A stretch of 54,070 nucleotides of DNA from Actinomycetota bacterium (lineage in GTDB: Bacteria > Actinomycetota > Aquicultoria > CAJVYJ01 > JAUVQD01), in the NCBI GenBank assembly GCA_030679975.1, contig JAUXSL010000022.1:1-54070 (forward strand). The letters are read 5' to 3'. Of the stretch, positions 48,831-54,070 are shown piece by piece. Both the position numbers and the translations under genes were made by a program. The notes under the pieces are model-generated. The model saw nothing but the letters and a program-made list of their open reading frames with translations, had not been told where the DNA came from and did no database searches. Numbering within the stretch: position 1 is the first letter of the stretch; each line of letters begins with the position of its first letter.

Positions 48831-50990
48831 ATGAAGGTATGGGGCGAAGAGAATCGATTTGCCGGCGTAATTGCCGCCGTCAAAAGCATCGATAGCCGTT
48901 TGCCGCGGCGGATAGGCATGGCCGTCGGCATGTTCCTCGTCATTTTCGCGCTCATAGCGGTTGATTTCTCCCCTCAAAAAATCAGCGGGCTGGAAGTAAG
49001 CAAACCCAGTCCCGCCACGGTACGAGCGCCGCGTAATATCACCTTGCTGAACATGGATAGGACCCAGGCATTGCGCCGGCGGGCCGCTGAGAACGCGCCG
49101 CGCATCCATCGGTTCGACGTCGGTGCCCCGGCTAAAGCGCGGGCCGGCATCGCCGGTGTCTACCAGAGAGTGGCGCAGGTCGCCGCTTTACCCGGGAGCG
49201 AAGGCGCGAAAGGCGCGCCGGAAATCAAAAAACTATTGCCGTTTGTGACGCGGGCCGACGCGGATTGGCTGATCGGCTTAAGCGAAGAGGAGATCGGCGG
49301 TCTGCGAGATAAGACCATCGAGCTGGCGGCGACAATTATGACCGAGAAAATAAGCGCCGACGGGCTGGCCTCCGCGCGCGAAAAGGTCAAGAGACAGGCT
49401 TTGGCTATTGAAGACCAGCGGGCGGCGAAGATCGTCGGGCAGGTAGCGGCGGACAATATTCGTGTAAACACTTACATAGATAAGGTCAAGACCAATAGCG
49501 CAATAGCGGCCGCTGTCGACAAGGTCAAGCCGGTCATAGCCGCCAAGCAGAAAGGTGAAACGATTGTCACTGAGGGCGAGATCGTCACGACTTTGCAAGA
49601 GAGATTTCTGCGGGAACTCGGTTGGGCCGATAGCTTTAACGGCAAGACCGGGGGACAGGTATTCGGAGAAGCGATCATTGCGCTGGCGCTGATGGTCTTG
49701 GCATCGATATATTTACGCGAATTCCAGCCGAAGGTTTATCGGGACGATCGGATGCTGGTATTAGTCTTTGTGATATTGACGATAGTCTCGTTGCTGGCCA
49801 AGGGGCTGGCGCCGCTCTTCCCGCCATACTTGATACCGGTGGCCGGCGCCGCCATGCTCACGACTATCTTGGTCCGACCCAGGGCCGGCATCATGATGGC
49901 CATAACCGCGGGCATCATCACCGGTATTTTCGTCAATAGCCCGCAGTATTGGATATATGCCTTCATGACCGGGCTGGCGGCGGTCTATTTAACCGCTCAC
50001 ATCACGCACCGGAGTGACCTAACCCGGGCGGGCTTATGGTTGATGCTGGCATCCGGGGTGATAGCTTTTGCGGCGGGGTTGATGAAGGGCGATGTTGGAA
50101 TGGAGCTGTTTGTCAATGCCGGCTGGGGGGTTGTCGGCGGCTTTTCGGCCATTATCTTGACTATCGGCACTCTACAATTCCTGGAGCTGGCTTTCAATAT
50201 AACAACTGAGATGAAGTTGTTGGAATTGTCTAATCCGACCCAGCCTCTCCTGCGGGAGCTTATGGTAAACGCGCCGGGCACTTATAACCACAGCATTATC
50301 ACCGGGAACCTGGTGGAGAGTGTCGCTCAGCAAGTCGGGGCCAACCCCCTTTTAGCCAGGACCGGGGCGTATTATCACGATATCGGCAAGATACGCCGAC
50401 CGTTCTTCTTTGTGGAAAACCAGTACGGCGATAATCCGCACGACAAGACGCAGCCGAACCTAAGCTATCTGATAATCACAGCCCATGTAAAAGAAGGGGT
50501 TGAAATAGCCCGGAAGCATCGGCTGCCGCAGGAACTTATCGACATCATCTCACAGCATCACGGGACCAGCTTGATGAGTTACTTTTATACCCGTGCCAAG
50601 GAACAGGACGGCAATACAACCGTGGCCGAGCATCATTATCGCTATGCGGGAGATAAACCCAAGAGTAAGGAAGCGGCCTTGATAATGCTGGCGGACGGCG
50701 CGGAAGCGGCGGCCCGGGCTCTACGGAAACCAACGCATAATCGACTGGAGCAGATGGTTAAGAAAATTGTCAAAGAACGCCTGCGTGACGGCCAATTGGA
50801 TGAAAGCGCCCTGACTTTGGCGGACCTGGAGACAGTGACCAGAGGATATACGCAAACTTTGACGACTATGTATCACTCGCGCATCGAATATCCGGAGATC
50901 GAGGTACCGGCGAAGCCTGAACGGAGGGTTGTCGTTGGACGTCTTAATCGAAAATCAATCGGGCATTCCGGTCGAGTTATCAGCTCTTAA
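48831..50990 (+). CDS. 7TM-HD (HDIG) membrane phosphohydrolase, PgpH/YqfF-like
   Basis: Extracellular N-domain, seven TM segments and a C-terminal HD domain (HSIITGNL...YHDIGK). Confidence 0.88.
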   Translation: MKVWGEENRFAGVIAAVKSIDSRLPRRIGMAVGMFLVIFALIAVDFSPQKISGLEVSKPSPATVRAPRNITLLNMDRTQALRRRAAENAPRIHRFDVGAPAKARAGIAGVYQRVAQVAALPGSEGAKGAPEIKKLLPFVTRADADWLIGLSEEEIGGLRDKTIELAATIMTEKISADGLASAREKVKRQALAIEDQRAAKIVGQVAADNIRVNTYIDKVKTNSAIAAAVDKVKPVIAAKQKGETIVTEGEIVTTLQERFLRELGWADSFNGKTGGQVFGEAIIALALMVLASIYLREFQPKVYRDDRMLVLVFVILTIVSLLAKGLAPLFPPYLIPVAGAAMLTTILVRPRAGIMMAITAGIITGIFVNSPQYWIYAFMTGLAAVYLTAHITHRSDLTRAGLWLMLASGVIAFAAGLMKGDVGMELFVNAGWGVVGGFSAIILTIGTLQFLELAFNITTEMKLLELSNPTQPLLRELMVNAPGTYNHSIITGNLVESVAQQVGANPLLARTGAYYHDIGKIRRPFFFVENQYGDNPHDKTQPNLSYLIITAHVKEGVEIARKHRLPQELIDIISQHHGTSLMSYFYTRAKEQDGNTTVAEHHYRYAGDKPKSKEAALIMLADGAEAAARALRKPTHNRLEQMVKKIVKERLRDGQLDESALTLADLETVTRGYTQTLTTMYHSRIEYPEIEVPAKPERRVVVGRLNRKSIGHSGRVISS

Positions 50991-51363
50991 ACTGCTGGCG
51001 AAGTTTGTGTTAGGCGAAGAAGAAGCCGGAAGAGACAGCGAGGTAAGTATAGCTCTGGTGGATAAAGACGCTATGAAAGCGTTGAACTTAAAATTCAGAG
51101 CCTTTGATAAGCCGACGGACGTGCTGGCGTTCGACTTAGGAGACGATGGCGAGCTTTCTGGCGAAGTCGTTATATCGCCGCAAGTCGCCGCCGAGCAAGC
51201 CGCTGAGACCGGGACAGGCGAGTTTGAGGAAGTTCAGCGGTTGCTTATCCATGGACTATTACATCTTTTAGGTTATAGTCATGAACGAGATGAAGACGCC
51301 GATAAAATGTTTGATAAACAAGAGATGCTGAGGCAGGCGTTCATTGACGGAGGGTCGGTTTAA
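50935..51363 (+). CDS. ybeY: rRNA maturation endoribonuclease YbeY
   Basis: Zinc motif HGLLHLLGYSH. TTG at 50935 has GGAGGG 6 nt upstream. The ORF track starts at 50929. Confidence 0.9.
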   Translation: MDVLIENQSGIPVELSALKLLAKFVLGEEEAGRDSEVSIALVDKDAMKALNLKFRAFDKPTDVLAFDLGDDGELSGEVVISPQVAAEQAAETGTGEFEEVQRLLIHGLLHLLGYSHERDEDADKMFDKQEMLRQAFIDGGSV

Positions 51364-52075
51364 GCTGGTGAAAGGCCGGCCTCTATTTCAAAGCTTCAAC
51401 TTCGCCATCGACGGGCTTATTTATGTGCTGCGCACCCAGAGGAATATGCGGATTCACTTCCTGGTGGCGGCCCTGGTCTTAATGCTAAGCTTGGTCGTCG
51501 GCGTGAGCGGCACGCAATTCATCTTGCTGGTCTTCGCGATTTCGATAGTCATAGCCACGGAATTAATGAATACGGCCATCGAATCCGTCATCGATGTGAC
51601 GACGACGAGCTTTGACCCGATGGCGAAGATCGCCAAGGACGTGGCCGCTGCCGCGGTGCTCGTTTCGACGCTGAGTGCGATTATTATCGGGTATTTAATC
51701 TTCTATCCCAAACTTAACAGTGTTACATGGCGGACTCTTGATAAGGTCAGGCAATCGCCTATTCATGTAACGACGATCGCTTTATTGCTCGTCATCATCG
51801 CGGTGCTTACCGCTAAAGCCTGGACTCGTACCGGAACCTGGTTGCGGGGCGGGTGGCCGAGCGGTCACGCCGCTATCGCCGGTTCATTATTAACGGCCAT
51901 CGCCCTGTTGAGCGGCAGCCCCTTGCTGACGACATTAGCGCTTATATTGGCTCTGTTAGTCGTGGAAGCGCGGATGGAAGCCAAGTTCCATACGTGGATG
52001 CAAGTGATGGCCGGGAGTCTCATCGGTGTCTTGACCACAGTCCTGATATTCCAATTATTTTTGGAAAAGCTTTGA
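51344..52075 (+). CDS. dgkA: Diacylglycerol/undecaprenol kinase (DgkA) fused to a PAP2-like C-terminal module
   Basis: The N-terminal ~120 aa are DgkA (ELMNTAIE...AKDVAAAAV). The C-terminal half carries PSGH and ..R....FH.. PAP2-type motifs. Confidence 0.8.
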   Translation: MTEGRFKLVKGRPLFQSFNFAIDGLIYVLRTQRNMRIHFLVAALVLMLSLVVGVSGTQFILLVFAISIVIATELMNTAIESVIDVTTTSFDPMAKIAKDVAAAAVLVSTLSAIIIGYLIFYPKLNSVTWRTLDKVRQSPIHVTTIALLLVIIAVLTAKAWTRTGTWLRGGWPSGHAAIAGSLLTAIALLSGSPLLTTLALILALLVVEARMEAKFHTWMQVMAGSLIGVLTTVLIFQLFLEKL

Positions 52076-52088
52076 GGAGGCATAACTG

Positions 52089-53357
52089 TTGATCTTAAGC
52101 ATTAGTTTGTTGGGAGCCCTTTTCATTTTTAGGGTTTTTCTGGGGGCGGCGGAACTATCGCTGAGTTCGTCTAATCGCATCCGGTTGTTGCAAAGGGCCG
52201 ATGAAGGAGTCAAAAACGCGCAGCTTGTCCTCGACTTGACGCAAAAATCCGGCGAATTCCTGCCGGTGATCTTGCTGATGACTTTGTTGGCCGATACCGG
52301 TATGGCGTCGATAGCGGCGGTTTTGGCGGCCAAGGTTATCACGTTTGGCCCGGCTGTCGCCACCGGCGTCGTTACCCTGGCGATTTTCATCTACGCGGAG
52401 ATGATTCCCAAGACGCTTGCCGTCAACAATCCCGAGCGCGTGGCCCTATTGGTAGTGAAGCCCGTCATGTGGATGACGAGAATCGTCTACCCGCTGGCTT
52501 ATATCTTCATTCGCATCGCCAACTTTTTCGTCAAGATTCTTGGCGGGAAGATAGCCAGGCGGCCGTTTGTTACTGAGGAAGAGATAAAGATGATGGTCAG
52601 CGTGGGCGCGGAAGAAGCAGCGATCGAAGAAGAAGAAAAAGAGATGATTCACAGCATCTTTGAATTCGGTGACACGATCGTCCGGGAGGTAATGGTGCCG
52701 CGTCCGGACATGGTGGCGGTTGAAAGCAAGGCGACGGTTGAAGAAGTCCTGGACCTGATTATCAAGGTCGGCCATTCAAGAATACCCATCTATGAAGAGA
52801 CCATCGATAACGTGGCGGGCCTGGTCTACGCTAAGGACCTGCTTATCTATTTAAATCGGGCCAAACCTGGGCAGGCCGCGGCGGTGCTGAAGAAATTAAT
52901 GCGGCCGGCCTATTTTGTTCCGGAGACAAAAAGGGTTAGTGAACTACTGAAAGAGATGCAACAGAAGAAGAGTCATATGGCCATTGTCCTGGATGAATAC
53001 GGCGGCACGGCGGGTCTGGTGACGATCGAGGACTTACTGGAAGAGATAGTCGGCGAGATATTCGACGAATACGACCTGGAAGAAGCGATGATAGAAGTGC
53101 TCTCTACCGATGTTTACCGGATCGACGGGCGGGCGGCGATGGACGAGGTGAGCGAGCTGCTCGGTGTCGATTTGCCGGACTACGGCGGGGAGACTATCGG
53201 CGGCTTTGTCTACGATCTGGTCGGCCATATTCCGGTCCCCGGCGAAGTCGTTGAATATAACAATTTAAGATTTGAGGTCGACAAAGTCATCGGACGGCGG
53301 ATATCCAAGATCGTCGTGGTAAAGAGTGAGGCCGAGGTCGAAGCCGGCGATGATTGA
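52089..53357 (+). CDS. CNNM/DUF21-CBS-CorC_HlyC family membrane protein (hemolysin C-like transporter-associated)
   Basis: Has four N-terminal TM segments (DUF21), a CBS pair and a CorC/HlyC C-terminal domain. Confidence 0.88.
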   Translation: MILSISLLGALFIFRVFLGAAELSLSSSNRIRLLQRADEGVKNAQLVLDLTQKSGEFLPVILLMTLLADTGMASIAAVLAAKVITFGPAVATGVVTLAIFIYAEMIPKTLAVNNPERVALLVVKPVMWMTRIVYPLAYIFIRIANFFVKILGGKIARRPFVTEEEIKMMVSVGAEEAAIEEEEKEMIHSIFEFGDTIVREVMVPRPDMVAVESKATVEEVLDLIIKVGHSRIPIYEETIDNVAGLVYAKDLLIYLNRAKPGQAAAVLKKLMRPAYFVPETKRVSELLKEMQQKKSHMAIVLDEYGGTAGLVTIEDLLEEIVGEIFDEYDLEEAMIEVLSTDVYRIDGRAAMDEVSELLGVDLPDYGGETIGGFVYDLVGHIPVPGEVVEYNNLRFEVDKVIGRRISKIVVVKSEAEVEAGDD

Positions 53358-53751
53358 CGACATCACGGTGAAGGCGCTGGTCGCCAAGGCTCAAGAAGCG
53401 CTTGAAGCGGCTTATTCACCTTATTCGGGATACGCGGTCGGGGCGGCTGTCTTGGCTGCGAATGAAAGCACCTATTCGGGTGCTAATATCGAGAATGCCG
53501 CCTATGGCGAGAGCTTATGTGCGGAGCGGGTGGCTGTCGCCAAAGCGGTTTCAGAAGGGGCAAGAGATATCGTCGCCGTCGCCATAGTCGCCGGGGACGG
53601 GAAGCCGGCGGCGCCTTGCGGCGCCTGTCGACAAGTGATTCACGAATTCAACCCGGATTGCCTGGTAATAATGGCCGGGGATGAGGAGACTATCGTCAAG
53701 ACGGTCGGCGAGTTGCTGCCGATGGCGTTTAGGTTAAAAAAGCGTGGTTAG
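53350..53751 (+). CDS. cdd: Cytidine deaminase
   Basis: Zinc-binding motifs CAER and PCGACRQ. I prefer the ATG at 53350. The ORF track starts at 53326. Confidence 0.9.
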   Translation: MIDDITVKALVAKAQEALEAAYSPYSGYAVGAAVLAANESTYSGANIENAAYGESLCAERVAVAKAVSEGARDIVAVAIVAGDGKPAAPCGACRQVIHEFNPDCLVIMAGDEETIVKTVGELLPMAFRLKKRG

Positions 53752-53903
53752 TGTATGACTCTCAAAAGACGCGGTCGTTTTCCCCAGCGAGGAAAACGCC
53801 GCTCCGCATCTCGGCCTCGCTCCTCACTGCTTAGCCTAAGCTAAGCAGTGAGACCTTGCTCGCTCGGCCTCCGAACGGCTTTTGAGAGTCATACACTAAC
53901 CAC
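53744..53903. repeat. 160-bp nested palindromic element (25-bp perfect terminal inverted repeats enclosing two internal hairpins)
   Basis: gtggttagtgtatgactctcaaaag (53744-53768) pairs with cttttgagagtcatacactaaccac (53879-53903). Internal hairpins span 53771-53802 and 53824-53851. Confidence 0.8.
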
Positions 53904-53912
53904 TGTTAAATT

Positions 53913-54070
53913 ATGTCAAATATAACTATCAAAATTTTAGAACATCCCGATCCGGAAATCATCGCTCAAGTCGCCGCTTTGGAAGAAGAAGCGTTTGGCC
54001 GGGGCGGGCTTAACGAATGGCACCTACCGGTCATCGCGCGGCGCGGGCGGCTTGTTGTTATAATCGAAGA
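53913..54070 (+). CDS. GNAT-family N-acetyltransferase (RimI-like), N-terminal fragment running off the window
   Basis: ATG at 53913. The sequence MSNITIKILEHPDPEIIAQVAALEEEAFGRGGLNEW... is open to the window end. The assignment rests on weak N-terminal similarity only. Confidence 0.4.
   Translation, partial: MSNITIKILEHPDPEIIAQVAALEEEAFGRGGLNEWHLPVIARRGRLVVIIE

Overview
This is a 54-kb chromosomal segment from a GC-rich bacterium. Gene order suggests a monoderm, Actinobacteriota-like organism (inference): DUF501-ppx, hrcA-dnaJ without grpE-dnaK, phoH-ybeY-CBS, a Tad pilus locus with no secretin, and several near-leaderless promoters. Most of the window is housekeeping: ppx, an H+-pyrophosphatase, a dGTPase-like HD protein, an lpdA-E1a-E1b-E2-lipB-lipA 2-oxoacid dehydrogenase and lipoylation operon, ligA, a moaD-moaE fusion, mtaB/rsmE, lepA-hemW-hrcA-dnaJ, and phoH-pgpH-ybeY-dgkA-corC-cdd. 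The main finding is a visibly AT-richer island at about 20.1-26.7 kb, between moaDE and pfpI. I read it as an integron-type gene cassette array with no integrase in the window (a CALIN). It has at least seven imperfect-palindromic attC-like sites with RYYYAAC...GTTRRRY ends. Each follows co-oriented, mostly promoterless or toxin-antitoxin cassettes: hicBA, two higBA pairs, a relE remnant with an XRE gene, a T5orf172/DUF4258/DUF2283 cassette, an ORF-less cassette, and unknown ORFs. One attC is split exactly by a 1.2-kb IS110-family element whose 200-nt upstream non-coding end contains short matches to the attC target flank and to its own end. Other notable items are listed below.
- A SAM-I riboswitch upstream of a threonine-synthase paralog and a ThiS/MoaD-like protein ending in GGA.
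- A dispersed GNRA-loop hairpin repeat with one compensatory variant.
- A 160-bp nested palindrome after cdd.
- A histidine kinase and PP2C phosphatase signalling cluster.
- A monoderm-type Tad/Flp locus.
- A serine recombinase fragment abutting tRNA-Leu at the window start.
All protein family calls come from reading motifs by eye. No database search was run.
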